Virus record (IMG/VR): IMGVR_UViG_3300031466_000074
Length of the DNA stretch: 64,000 nucleotides
From: a virus
Strand: one strand, 5' to 3'
The notes under the pieces were generated by a model, which saw nothing but the letters and a program-made list of their open reading frames with translations, made no database searches and was not told where the DNA came from. Below are positions 30,195-39,494 of this stretch, piece after piece; within the stretch, counting starts at the first letter, position 1, and every line of letters starts with the position of its first letter. A program made the position numbers and the translations under genes.

Positions 30195-30791
30195 TCAAAG
30201 CTTCACAAGGTCTTCCTGATTCGTCTGCTCTTCGTCCACTTGATCTTCGTTCGCTTGCTCTTCGCGCTCCTTTTTTAGATTCTGCAGGTAAGTATGTACC
30301 TTAGCCATGTAGTCCAACTGACGATCCGGTTCAACAAGGAATTTGATGTAACTCAAAACCGTGACCTTCCTCCCACTCAAAATAGAGTGAGTATCCCCAG
30401 TAAAGAAGTTATAGGAAATATAGTAGTTACGTGTAACAGATGTCTTCCCAGAACTAACCACGTCACGATAATACCTCAAGTAACCCACCAACGAACCGTC
30501 TTCTTCCAAAACCAAAAAAGGCTCTCCAAAGCGAGGTTCGTTTGAAAAGTGCATTTTCTGTGCTAATTCCGGTCGTACCGAAAGGATCGCGTCTCTGTGA
30601 CGGACATAAACGTCGATCATAACCTCTTTCAAAGTATTTCCCGCCCCAACTCCAATGTAGGGCTTCAAGTTATCGAATAAAACGGAGCTGAAATCTACTT
30701 TTTCCTCCTTCTTAGACACCGCACAAGAAGCAAGAACCGTCGAAACTAAAAACAGAAGGAAAAACGAACGATTGAATGGTAATCTCCTCAT
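30195..30791 (-). CDS. putative lipoprotein
   Basis: Signal peptide with lipobox LASC. Confidence 0.7.
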   Translation of the reverse strand: MRRLPFNRSFFLLFLVSTVLASCAVSKKEEKVDFSSVLFDNLKPYIGVGAGNTLKEVMIDVYVRHRDAILSVRPELAQKMHFSNEPRFGEPFLVLEEDGSLVGYLRYYRDVVSSGKTSVTRNYYISYNFFTGDTHSILSGRKVTVLSYIKFLVEPDRQLDYMAKVHTYLQNLKKEREEQANEDQVDEEQTNQEDLVKL

Positions 30792-30853
30792 AAATACCCC
30801 CTCACCTTCACTCGAATTTATCCGAGTGTCTGGAAGGGGGAGATCTTTTTTGA

Positions 30854-30924
30854 CAAGGGCTGAGGGATTCGAACCCCCACCAAGCGGGTTGGAGCCGCCC
30901 GTTCTACCATTAAACTAAACCCTT
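30854..30924 (-). tRNA. tRNA-Trp(CCA)
   Basis: GGCGG-CTCCAAC-CCGCT. Confidence 0.9.
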
Positions 30925-30925
30925 A

Positions 30926-31002
30926 TGGCTGAGAGGGTGGGATTCGAACCCACGCATCTGTACCTTAACAGGGTACCGCCTTACCGACTTGGCTACCTCT
31001 CA
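30926..31002 (-). tRNA. tRNA-Asn(GUU)
   Basis: GTACC-CTGTTAA-GGTAC; CCA encoded. Confidence 0.9.
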
Positions 31003-31003
31003 A

Positions 31004-31079
31004 TGGTGGACTGAGAGGGAATCGAACCCCCGACGCGAAGCTCTTCAGGCTTCCGCTCTACCAACTGAGCTACCAGTCC
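31004..31079 (-). tRNA. tRNA-Phe(GAA)
   Basis: GAAGC-CTGAAGA-GCTTC; CCA encoded. Confidence 0.93.
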
Positions 31080-31082
31080 ATA

Positions 31083-31160
31083 TGGTAGGGATGACAGGAT
31101 TCGAACCTGCGACCCCCTGATCCCAAATCAGGTGCGCTGACCAAACTGCGCTACATCCCT
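31083..31160 (-). tRNA. tRNA-Pro(UGG)
   Basis: CCTGA-TTTGGGA-TCAGG; CCA encoded. Confidence 0.93.
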
Positions 31161-31171
31161 ATTACATTATG

Positions 31172-31293
31172 CGATGCGGGCAGGGATTTGCACCCTGCAT
31201 GAGCCAACACGTGAGCCCTGACTTGCTCCGGCGTTATTGAGCCGCCGCCAACCAAAGCAGCCCGCCTGCGTCTACCTATTCCGCCACCGCATC
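31172..31293 (-). ncRNA. 122-nt Leu-type tRNA-like RNA with expanded anticodon region
   Basis: GATGCGG/CCGCATC acceptor, GGCGGAATAGGTAGACGC D arm, GCAGGG-TGCAAAT-CCCTGC T-arm. Confidence 0.7.
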
Positions 31294-31352
31294 TTCAATT
31301 ATTTTTAAGTGTAGACCTTTTTCATAGAAACCACGTTGATAGACGATTGAAA

Positions 31353-31427
31353 TGGAGCGGAATACGAGTATCGAACTCGTGACTTCGGCTTGGAAGGCCG
31401 ACGTTTTACCTGCTAAACTAATTCCGC
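31353..31427 (-). tRNA. tRNA-Gly(UCC)
   Basis: TCGGC-CTTCCAA-GCCGA; UCCA end. Confidence 0.93.
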
Positions 31428-31428
31428 A

Positions 31429-31513
31429 TGGCATGGGAGGGAGGATTTGAACCCCTTAGCGGTCGGGTTGGAGCCGACTGGCGTTCCCTGACGTCTTTAA
31501 ACTTCCTTCCCAC
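31429..31513 (-). tRNA. atypical tRNA-Trp(CCA) with non-canonical, enlarged D region
   Basis: GTCGG-CTCCAAC-CCGAC, T-loop TTCAAAT, GCCA end. Confidence 0.6.
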
Positions 31514-31514
31514 A

Positions 31515-31571
31515 TGGCTGGCTAGGCGGGACTCGAACCTGCAACCACCCGATTAACAGTCGGGCGCTCTA
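31515..31571 (-). pseudogene. 5'-truncated tRNA-Asn(GUU)
   Basis: Anticodon arm, T-arm and CCA intact; 5' acceptor strand and half of D arm absent. Confidence 0.75.
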
Positions 31572-31700
31572 TGTAGAGTGCAACCGGACGTAACATGCGG
31601 ATTCTCGGGGCTTACCCCTCTCGCTCTTCCGCTCCTTCTCAGGACGCGGATTCCCATCCACAAAGAGCATACGCATGACTCCTTACCAATAATGAAGTTA

Positions 31701-31779
31701 TGGTAGGGGCGACAGGATTCGAACCTGCGACCTCGTGTACCCGAAACACGCGTTCTAAACCAAGCTGAACTACACCCCT
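31701..31779 (-). tRNA. tRNA-Pro(CGG)
   Basis: CGTGT-TTCGGGT-ACACG; CCA encoded. Confidence 0.92.
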
Positions 31780-31794
31780 GCGATGATATAAGTT

Positions 31795-31887
31795 TGGGGC
31801 GACTAGCGAGACTTGAACTCGCACTCGGGATTGAACCCCAAACCGGAGCCACAATCCGGCGTGTCTACCAATTCCACCATAGCCGCC
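31795..31887 (-). tRNA. tRNA-His(GUG) with Leu-type D arm and long variable arm
   Basis: G-1:C73, CCGGA-TTGTGGC-TCCGG, variable arm TTGGGG-TTCAA-TCCCGA. Confidence 0.85.
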
Positions 31888-31916
31888 ATAGCCGCCATAG
31901 GTTAGGAACTGTTGGT

Positions 31917-31945
31917 ATAATACCATGCCTAAAATAACAAGTCAA
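31917..31945 (-). promoter_or_regulatory. sigmaA-type promoter of tRNA cluster
   Basis: TTGACT-17 bp-TATTAT with extended -10 TG. Confidence 0.8.
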
Positions 31946-32240
31946 CACTTTTTGCAAAAAAGTTTATAAGAAATTTCAAAAGTCATAACTGATTTTTGGG
32001 CGCACTTAAATAAGACATCGGTTTCGACGTCTTTGTCTTAGAGGTGATATGTTGATGTTGCTTAGTAGCTAGTGTAGTCTTAGTACCCCACCATCGCTGT
32101 CGGTATAGCAGGGTTGGTTGAAACGGATGCGGATTATTGTCGTCCACACCATCACTCCTTTTCGTGCAAAAGAAAAAGCGTATTCCGCGAAGGGAATACG
32201 CTTGGGTTGCAAAATGGTTTGTCGCGTGAATCAAATGCGC

Positions 32241-32429
32241 TTAAGTCATCGGGGAGAGTACCCCCGCAGTCGGAGAAACACGCGTTCGAAGCAACACCAA
32301 ACGTTCCCAACGCAAAAAGCCCCACGGATTAAAGTGGGGTTGTGGGAACTGGTGTTGCTGGTGGGTACGCGCCATGTGCGAAGTACCCCTCGCTAGCGTT
32401 TTCAATTCGACGGAAGACGCCAAAGTCAT
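32241..32429 (-). CDS. small protein / possible leader peptide
   Basis: Strong RBS GAAAGGAGG, own promoter, terminator at 32175-32203. Confidence 0.5.
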   Translation of the reverse strand: MTLASSVELKTLARGTSHMARTHQQHQFPQPHFNPWGFLRWERLVLLRTRVSPTAGVLSPMT

Positions 32430-32507
32430 GGGCGTACCCTCCTTTCACATGTGTTGGAGTGTTGAAGCACGGATCGAACGGTGAGGTGATACCACCGGAA
32501 CAAGCCT

Positions 32508-32536
32508 ATTGTACCACAACCGCCCAACCGTAGCAA
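32508..32536 (-). promoter_or_regulatory. sigmaA-type promoter
   Basis: TTGCTA-17 bp-TACAAT with extended -10 TG. Confidence 0.7.
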
Positions 32537-32578
32537 GCCTCTGTAGGGCAACCCGCAGGGCGACCATAGGGAAGGGGC

Positions 32579-32638
32579 GCAGAACGCCGCAGAGAGCCGC
32601 AGAGAGCCGCAGAGAGCGGCAGAGAGCGGCAGGGAGCG
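32579..32638. repeat. six tandem 10-bp repeats, consensus GCAGAGAGCS
   Basis: gcagaacgcc, gcagagagcc x2, gcagagagcg x2, gcagggagcg. Confidence 0.9.
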
Positions 32639-32665
32639 AGAGGACGGCGAAAGCCGCAAGGTGGC

Positions 32666-32899
32666 TTACGTCACCGGGATATTATGCCACGACAGGTATT
32701 TCTCGATCTCGCGGAATTGGCGCGGCGTAACCTCCAACGACGGGAGCAAACGAAAATTGTTCCCGGTCGGCGCTTGCGACTTCGCGGCGATGGGCATAAT
32801 CTGAACACCCGCCACATTCGGGTCGTACACCAAAAAGACGTTTTTCCGATACTTGTAGTTACCCGTGGTCATGTAGTAGATCTCTTGCACCAATAACAT
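32666..32899 (-). CDS. hypothetical protein
   Basis: RBS GAGGAGGGG. Confidence 0.65.
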   Translation of the reverse strand: MLLVQEIYYMTTGNYKYRKNVFLVYDPNVAGVQIMPIAAKSQAPTGNNFRLLPSLEVTPRQFREIEKYLSWHNIPVT

Positions 32900-32958
32900 G
32901 AATACCCCTCCTCGGGAAGATTCGCTTAACTAACTTAAACCCAAGTAAAACAAATGAG

Positions 32959-33771
32959 TCACTCCATGCGGAGCAAGAATTTCATGTCTTGAAGCGCCGA
33001 TTGGAATGTCCAACGCAAATCGTCATACAGTCGGGAAGCAGAATTGAGGTCATTCTTATCGAGGGTTTGGAAGTAAGTCGTATACTCCTCAAACACCTTC
33101 GCAAAATCCAAAACTATAAACTTGAACCCCGCAAGAGCTTCAGAGACTTCCGCATTGTCGGTATCGAAAGACCAAAAGTCCGCCAAAGACTGTTTGACTT
33201 CATTCAACACTTTCAAATTATCGTCAACCCACTCTTCCGATAGATACTCACCGCCGAAGTAAACTTGCTCCCGGCGATCCAGCGCCGACAGTACCCCCTC
33301 TGCCGCTTTACGAAAACGCGAGGTAAACTCGTCCAAGTCGAGAATCTCCACATTTGCAGTTGCTTCCGCAACCAATGTGTTGAAAGAAAGTATCTCAATT
33401 TCCTCCTCTTCCTTTTCGGGTTCAGAGGTAGGAGTGGGTGTGGGCTTCAACAAGTCAGAAATTTTCCCCTTCTTATCGACGCTACCCCCAACAGCGGGCG
33501 AGGACTCGTCACCAACAGGAGAAGGAGAAGGGGTTGGCGTTGCCGACGGTACAGGTGATGGTGTTCCGATTACACTAGACGGTGATAGAGATTCACTCGT
33601 ATTCGTAGTGTCTAATACCGGGTCACGCGATGTGTCCGTTTGCGACTGTTCAGCGGGTATCTCATCTGTTACGAGATTGGACTGCCGAAAAGAAGGCAAG
33701 ATCGTAACAAGTACGAGAACAAAAACCAGTAAGCAAGTAAAGATCAATCTAGACTTAGGTATATTCACCAA
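32959..33771 (-). CDS. membrane-anchored protein with P/S/T-rich linker
   Basis: N-terminal TM, TPSPVPSATPTPSPSP linker; RBS AGGAGG. Confidence 0.7.
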   Translation of the reverse strand: MVNIPKSRLIFTCLLVFVLVLVTILPSFRQSNLVTDEIPAEQSQTDTSRDPVLDTTNTSESLSPSSVIGTPSPVPSATPTPSPSPVGDESSPAVGGSVDKKGKISDLLKPTPTPTSEPEKEEEEIEILSFNTLVAEATANVEILDLDEFTSRFRKAAEGVLSALDRREQVYFGGEYLSEEWVDDNLKVLNEVKQSLADFWSFDTDNAEVSEALAGFKFIVLDFAKVFEEYTTYFQTLDKNDLNSASRLYDDLRWTFQSALQDMKFLLRME

Positions 33772-34507
33772 AACCGACCTCCTATCTAAAAGTCGTAGGA
33801 AAATAAAAACAAGTGCGGTGTGTCCGCACAAACAAGAGAAAGCTACCCCGCAAAAGAGCATTCACTCGAGATAACGTGTACGCCGAGAGATACTTACAGA
33901 GCAGAAAACTCTTCTGGTGAGCAAAGTTACCTTTTCCAGATGCCCCTCCGAGATTCCCAATGAGCGAGAAAAGCAAACAAGAACAGATGCAAGGACTCAC
34001 TCAAAAAGAAAGACTCAAAAACCAACAGATGGTCATGATGATGCGAAACCGAATGCACATGGAATCCAGAAAGTCCGAAAAAGATAAGAAGGGTCGAAAG
34101 GAGATGCGAGAAGAAATGCGCGAACGTACCAAGAAACGTGACACGGGCAAGAGATTCGCGCAGAGAATGATGGTATGTATGGTTGGTTGGGTGTGAGCAA
34201 GTCAGAAAAGCAAACAGGTAAGCCAACGGTAATTACCCCCTCGCGCAAATTGGTCAACTGTATAACAACAGTCAGTGTTCAAAAGGAAAAAGACGAAACT
34301 CCATCGAGAAGAAGTTTCGTCTTGGGAGAAAGGTGGAATCCCTCGCAGGTGACCCTACCTTGGAAGACGCCCGGATCAGGCTTGCGGTTCCTCACCTTCC
34401 GAGGGATCTGCATCAGAAGCGCTAACCTCGTCAAGCGCTGGCATATCGACCGAAGCACTCCGTTGCACCATGTCACCATATACACACCCCCTCAATAGGA
34501 TGATTCA

Positions 34508-35143
34508 TTACATCAAAGGGATGAAACGTTGGACAGCCGCAAGAACTGCTTCATCAACCTCCGCAACAGAACAATTGGCATCGATCCGCACGATTCTTTC
34601 GGGATAGGTAAGATAAAGCTGATGATACCCCTCGCGAACCTTGCGATGGAAGTCCAACGACTCCAAGTCCAACCGATTAACCTCTCGTCCTGCATTTGCC
34701 GCGATCCGAGATAACCCAACCTCCGGGTCAACATCGAACCAAAGTGTCAGCATCGGAGTTATTCCTTGCGTGGCATACGCATTGATGGCTTGAACCATCG
34801 ACACGTCCTGACCTCGGGCATACCCCTGATAGACCAAAGAGCTATCCACAAAACGGTCGCAAAGGACATGTGTCCCTGCTCGAAGGGCAGGTAATACTCG
34901 CTCAACCAAGTGCTGATTCCTCGCGGCGGCATACAACAAAACTTCCGTAACACCCGTCATATCGGTATTTTTCACGTCCAGAATAACTCGACGGATCTGC
35001 TCGGCTATTTCAACCCCGCCCGGTTCCCGCGTTGCGATGACCGAATACCCCTGTGCTTCAATGCGCTCCCGCAGACGTTTAAGCGCCGAAGACTTACCGG
35101 AACCTTCACCACCTTCGAATGTAATGAACATACCTTGTCGCAT
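34508..35143 (-). CDS. tmk: thymidylate kinase
   Basis: [33 protein letters not shown]. Confidence 0.96.
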   Translation of the reverse strand: MRQGMFITFEGGEGSGKSSALKRLRERIEAQGYSVIATREPGGVEIAEQIRRVILDVKNTDMTGVTEVLLYAAARNQHLVERVLPALRAGTHVLCDRFVDSSLVYQGYARGQDVSMVQAINAYATQGITPMLTLWFDVDPEVGLSRIAANAGREVNRLDLESLDFHRKVREGYHQLYLTYPERIVRIDANCSVAEVDEAVLAAVQRFIPLM

Positions 35144-35231
35144 AAAAATCGCCTCCGACGCTTAATAGAGCTTGTCCAACACTTTATCAGAAAAAGAACA
35201 TGAACTTTCCTTCCGAAAGAAGGAGGATAGG

Positions 35232-35705
35232 TCAGCAACGAAAAGGAGTACCAAGATTGAAATTGTAAAACGAGTCACCATCGTCAGACGGCAGTTGCAC
35301 ATATCTCCTACTCAGACGACAAGTAAACACCCCGTCGCCAAAGTAATCCGTCAGATCTCCCACGTCATCAATCCGATAACTGCCGGGGGCTTGCCCAAGA
35401 GAAATAATGATGATCTTCGGACGATCCGTCGGCTGAAGCATTGGCGGATTGAAATACCCCCGCAACTCGCTCTCTGTCGTAAGATCCGGCTCGTCTGGCG
35501 ACAACCGGAGATTCCGCAAACCCCCGACATACCCCGAGCTAAGTCGATTCTCGAAATACGACCCGAGCGGAAGGAAGTCCGTAGACGCAAAGACATCCAC
35601 GTCAAATACCCCCGATACCGGGATTCCATCTTTGAAAACGGGTTCATCCGCTTCACCATGCGAGTACGGATCAATGACGTACAAATAAAACGGTTTGTTC
35701 GGCAA
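35232..35705 (-). CDS. hypothetical protein, paralog A
   Basis: Shares YLYVID, DGIP, LRNLR, ELxGY and PKIIII with next gene. Confidence 0.75.
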   Translation of the reverse strand: MPNKPFYLYVIDPYSHGEADEPVFKDGIPVSGVFDVDVFASTDFLPLGSYFENRLSSGYVGGLRNLRLSPDEPDLTTESELRGYFNPPMLQPTDRPKIIIISLGQAPGSYRIDDVGDLTDYFGDGVFTCRLSRRYVQLPSDDGDSFYNFNLGTPFRC

Positions 35706-35721
35706 GAAAACTCACCTCCAA

Positions 35722-36234
35722 TCAAGAATTCAATGGCTTGCCATGAGAAAGATGAATCTCATCCCTCGGAAAAACATCAAAACGCCCACTCAACTCTTCC
35801 AAGGGAAGCTGGAACATGTCAATGTGACGATCTTCAATGGAAGAAACCACTTCACCTTTAACCTGCCCCTTGTAATTGTTGAGCGTTCCAACGTAGTCCA
35901 CGGAATAAACCGGGGTGTCATCGGAATACGGCGTAATGATAATGATCTTCGGTACCTCGTTAGGAGAAAGCGGGAACGAGTTCCAATACCCCTCCAACTC
36001 ATCCGGTGTGGTAAGATTAGGGTCTTCAGAGGACATCCTCAAATTCCGCAAAGACCCCACGCGATCCGGGTACTCACAATCTCCAAAGTAATCCCCCGGC
36101 TTCAGTAGACGATCCGACTTATAAATAGAAAGGTCAAGATGCGTTTTCTCCCGTGGAATACCGTCCTCAAAATTAGAGGATTCCCCCAACCTTGCCGTGT
36201 CAATAACGTAAAGGTAAACTCGATTTACCGTCAA
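35722..36234 (-). CDS. hypothetical protein, paralog B
   Basis: Tandem paralog of 35232..35705. Confidence 0.75.
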   Translation of the reverse strand: MTVNRVYLYVIDTARLGESSNFEDGIPREKTHLDLSIYKSDRLLKPGDYFGDCEYPDRVGSLRNLRMSSEDPNLTTPDELEGYWNSFPLSPNEVPKIIIITPYSDDTPVYSVDYVGTLNNYKGQVKGEVVSSIEDRHIDMFQLPLEELSGRFDVFPRDEIHLSHGKPLNS

Positions 36235-36530
36235 AATTTTCACCCCCAAAACAGGTAAAAGTACCTTCATAGAAAGGTTTTGTACGATAGTAGTATAACA
36301 AGGTTATCAGGGATGATCAAGCAAAACGTCCGACAATTTTCACAAGTCGAACAAAATGACACTCTAAACGAATAAAGGAGAGTTAAAAAACCAAAGTAAC
36401 TTATTGAGGAAGGACAGGATTGGTTAAACGAAGTGGTAAGTCTAAAAATTATCATAAAGAAAGGGTAGGAGAATACCCCTACCCTATACGATGAGAAAGG
36501 AAACGGAGAGGGAAAGACGGAAAGAGGAAG

Positions 36531-37019
36531 TTACACCTTAGCCTTCGGTCTGCTCTTCCAACCGTAAACCTCCGCAACATACGGATGCAAACTGACCGTG
36601 TACCGATTGATCAGCGCTTGATCAAAATTGTCATCCAAAATACGACGGAAAAGCGGCTCGGGATTCATGTCCGGACGAAGCATACGGAACAACAGATAGT
36701 TCGTCCCATCGTGATGCACCTGCCGGGAACGAATATTATGCCCATCACTGTAAAACTCATTGTAGTCGCAAGTAACATCGAACATCGAACTGAGAAGATC
36801 ATTCAAAACTTTGTACCCCGCGACTCGACCACGCCACGTCCCAATGTCCGCGATGGCTACCACTTTCCCCGGTAAACGAACATTCAAGTTAAGCCGCTCA
36901 TCCTGCAAATCCTGATACGCACAATCACATACACGACCACGCTTCTTATCAACGCAACACTCGAAGTCCGGCATGTTCGACCAAATCAACTTCTTCGTTT
37001 CCTTACGAGTTGGTTTCAT
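36531..37019 (-). CDS. hypothetical protein
   Basis: RBS AAAGGAGG before ATG 37019. Confidence 0.7.
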   Translation of the reverse strand: MKPTRKETKKLIWSNMPDFECCVDKKRGRVCDCAYQDLQDERLNLNVRLPGKVVAIADIGTWRGRVAGYKVLNDLLSSMFDVTCDYNEFYSDGHNIRSRQVHHDGTNYLLFRMLRPDMNPEPLFRRILDDNFDQALINRYTVSLHPYVAEVYGWKSRPKAKV

Positions 37020-37184
37020 GATAAATCCTCCTTTAAGATACGCCCTTTGTATAAGTATATCCCTCAGTCTGAGCGCAAATACCCCATCTCTCGTCGAAAG
37101 CAAAACTATTATACCATATGACGTCAAAAAGAACAATAAAGTCAAAAAGAAAAACCCCTCAACAGAGGGGCTAATGCTCCGCGA

Positions 37185-38639
37185 TTACCGCGCAGAGTAA
37201 TTAACAAAACGGAAGATTTGGCTCTTAACCGCCGGTTTGCGAGAGAACTGATAGTACTCGTAGGTTTGCAGAGCGTTACCATCCCAGTACAAATACTGCT
37301 TCGACCAGTTGATGCCCCTCGGTTCAACCTCCGAGAAGAAGTTCTTATCCTTACGCGGTTTGAGCGTCGTCGGATCGATATCGACAAAACGATAAGTATT
37401 CGAACCCGACGGTACATAAAGCAAAAGCATTTTTCCATTCGAGATAATAAGGTTTGCTTGCGAGAATACGCCGTCCACGAACGGAAGCGTCAAGTCTTGA
37501 CCCGTGACAGTGTACTTCAAGTCGCCGGAGTCGATATCCAACTGACGATAATACCCGCCATTGATGAGGTAAATAATACGCGAGTAGTTATCATAGTAGA
37601 ACGTGTCCTGCTTGGACTTCGTTACCCCGTGGATATCCTTGAAGTCAATGAAGTTATTGTACGTTGTCGAAGCCGGATAGTACAAACGATTCCAAGTGGT
37701 GCTGACGTTATTGAACAGTTGCGATGCATGCACCAACACCACATAACCGTCAGCCGAATGGATCGGTTGCCAATCCAAGCTCACTTGAATGTTCAAGCCG
37801 GAGTTCTTCGGAAGTGGTGTCGTGCTGACCGGAAGGTTCGTAGTGAACGTCTTCGACTCCAATTTCCCTTCTTTCGTCGGAGTCAACACCGAAATGGAAG
37901 AACCCTCTTGGATGAAGTATTTCCCATCAAAATACTTCAGAGTGAACGGGTATTCCTTAGTCCCCGTTTTGGTGTAGACTTTCTCCGCCCTCACCAACCA
38001 TTGATTGTTACGGGCGACAGAGAGATAAAAATCATACCCCTGCAGGGCGGTACTTCCAGAAGTCGCCGCATACGGCTTCGTCCACATAACATAGAGGTAA
38101 TCACCGTCACGATAAATTTCCGGTTTAATGTTGCTATGATCGGAAACCTTCTCCAATGGTATAAAGCTATCGCGAGCCAAAGGATCGTAAGTTTGCACCA
38201 GCTCATACCCCGAATTGATGTCGATACGGCGTTCTTCCCCGTTCCAAATTACCTCTTTACCGGAAACCTCCGAAACAAAGCGAAGCGGAACGAGCGTCGT
38301 ACCATTAACTACCTTCGGTGCGATATCCAGACGCTGACGACGACCATTTACATAGACGTTCTGATTTCCAAGAGTCATCTCAATGGTCAGTCCTTCGCGT
38401 GAGCCAGTAACCTTTTGATTCTCGCCATCCCAGCCAACCTCCAACCCCAAAGCTTCAAAAATCGCTCGGAAAGGAACCAGCGTTACCCCCTGCTCGATGA
38501 TGGGGTCAACAGGGAACTGCATTTGGCGACCATTGAGGAAGACCTTGACAGGTTCCTGCTCTTCCTCCGCAAATGCAAAAGAAGGGAGCAGAAGTGTACA
38601 GACCAGCAAGCAAAGTAATACTCGTGATGCCTTTTTCAT
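37185..38639 (-). CDS. secreted protein with copper amine oxidase-like N-terminal (stalk) domain
   Basis: Signal peptide AFA; PIIEQGVTLVPFRAIFEALG and GTTLVPLRFVSE. Confidence 0.9.
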   Translation of the reverse strand: MKKASRVLLCLLVCTLLLPSFAFAEEEQEPVKVFLNGRQMQFPVDPIIEQGVTLVPFRAIFEALGLEVGWDGENQKVTGSREGLTIEMTLGNQNVYVNGRRQRLDIAPKVVNGTTLVPLRFVSEVSGKEVIWNGEERRIDINSGYELVQTYDPLARDSFIPLEKVSDHSNIKPEIYRDGDYLYVMWTKPYAATSGSTALQGYDFYLSVARNNQWLVRAEKVYTKTGTKEYPFTLKYFDGKYFIQEGSSISVLTPTKEGKLESKTFTTNLPVSTTPLPKNSGLNIQVSLDWQPIHSADGYVVLVHASQLFNNVSTTWNRLYYPASTTYNNFIDFKDIHGVTKSKQDTFYYDNYSRIIYLINGGYYRQLDIDSGDLKYTVTGQDLTLPFVDGVFSQANLIISNGKMLLLYVPSGSNTYRFVDIDPTTLKPRKDKNFFSEVEPRGINWSKQYLYWDGNALQTYEYYQFSRKPAVKSQIFRFVNYSAR

Positions 38640-38768
38640 TAAGGAACCTCCTTTGAAAGATTTATAGGAATGTATAAACGATTCGGACGGAAAGTTAGAA
38701 AGTGCTAACTATTCCGCACGAATCGTTTAAAGAAAATGAAGAAGAAGGAAAGACGCAAGATTCAAAGA

Positions 38769-39299
38769 CTAAGGCTTGCGTGACAAAGTGACCCAAGGAT
38801 GCTCACTCGCCGCATCCAACGCCTTCTCCAAAGCAGAGGAAAGTTGCCGCAAATTATTGGCGTACCCCCGAAGCAGGGCGATTTCCTCAATGTCCTCACG
38901 ATACAGCTTCTCATCCTCGGGGTCTTCCAGTACATAATCCTGCAAACCCTTCTCGATATAATCCGCAAGTTTTTCAAGAGAACCAATCTCATCCGGCAGA
39001 CAAGTTTGTATCTCCTTGAGAACCAAAGGATACACATCACCCCGGAAACGAAGCCACAAACGCTGGAGTACCTTATCGTACTCCTCCCCCGTCAGTCCAA
39101 GATCATTGAATTGATAGTAGGTCTTAATATCCTCAAGATGATCGAGGAAGATAGCGTAAAAGTGCTTACGGAAATCACAAACTTCCACCAAAAAGCTATG
39201 GAAATCCACCAATTCCTTCTTCAACCGAGAAACAATAACCTCTCGATAATGATCGACATACGCCGACGCTTGCTGTTGCAGAAAGATATCCTTGTTCAA
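38769..39299 (-). CDS. hypothetical protein
   Basis: RBS GAGGTG before TTG. Confidence 0.6.
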   Translation of the reverse strand: MNKDIFLQQQASAYVDHYREVIVSRLKKELVDFHSFLVEVCDFRKHFYAIFLDHLEDIKTYYQFNDLGLTGEEYDKVLQRLWLRFRGDVYPLVLKEIQTCLPDEIGSLEKLADYIEKGLQDYVLEDPEDEKLYREDIEEIALLRGYANNLRQLSSALEKALDAASEHPWVTLSRKP

Positions 39300-39372
39300 G
39301 AAAATCACCTCAAATGCAAGAATACCCAATATAGAAACCAGTACCGGAAAAAGTTCAAAAACAACAAATAAA

Positions 39373-39411
39373 AAGTCTCTGCAGTCGAGATTCCTCAAAC
39401 TGCAGAGACTT
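39373..39411 (-). terminator. intrinsic terminator of ncRNA operon
   Basis: AAGTCTCTGCAG/CTGCAGAGACTT followed by U tract. Confidence 0.8.
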
Positions 39412-39423
39412 CTGTGGGGTTGA

Positions 39424-39494
39424 TGTTGGCTTTAGGGGTCGACCCAAGCCGCAACTTCGAAAGGCTTTCGCGTCCCGAAGTCCGACAGCCAACA
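39424..39494 (-). ncRNA. 71-nt stem-loop RNA directly 3' of tmRNA
   Basis: TGTTGGCT/AGCCAACA closing stem; inner hairpin with GC-GAAA-GC loop. Confidence 0.5.

Noticed and set aside
32485-32498. T-box riboswitch (GGTGGTATCAC resembles the T-box sequence)
   Set aside because: Sits at the transcript 5' end, with no stem I/specifier upstream and no overlapping terminator
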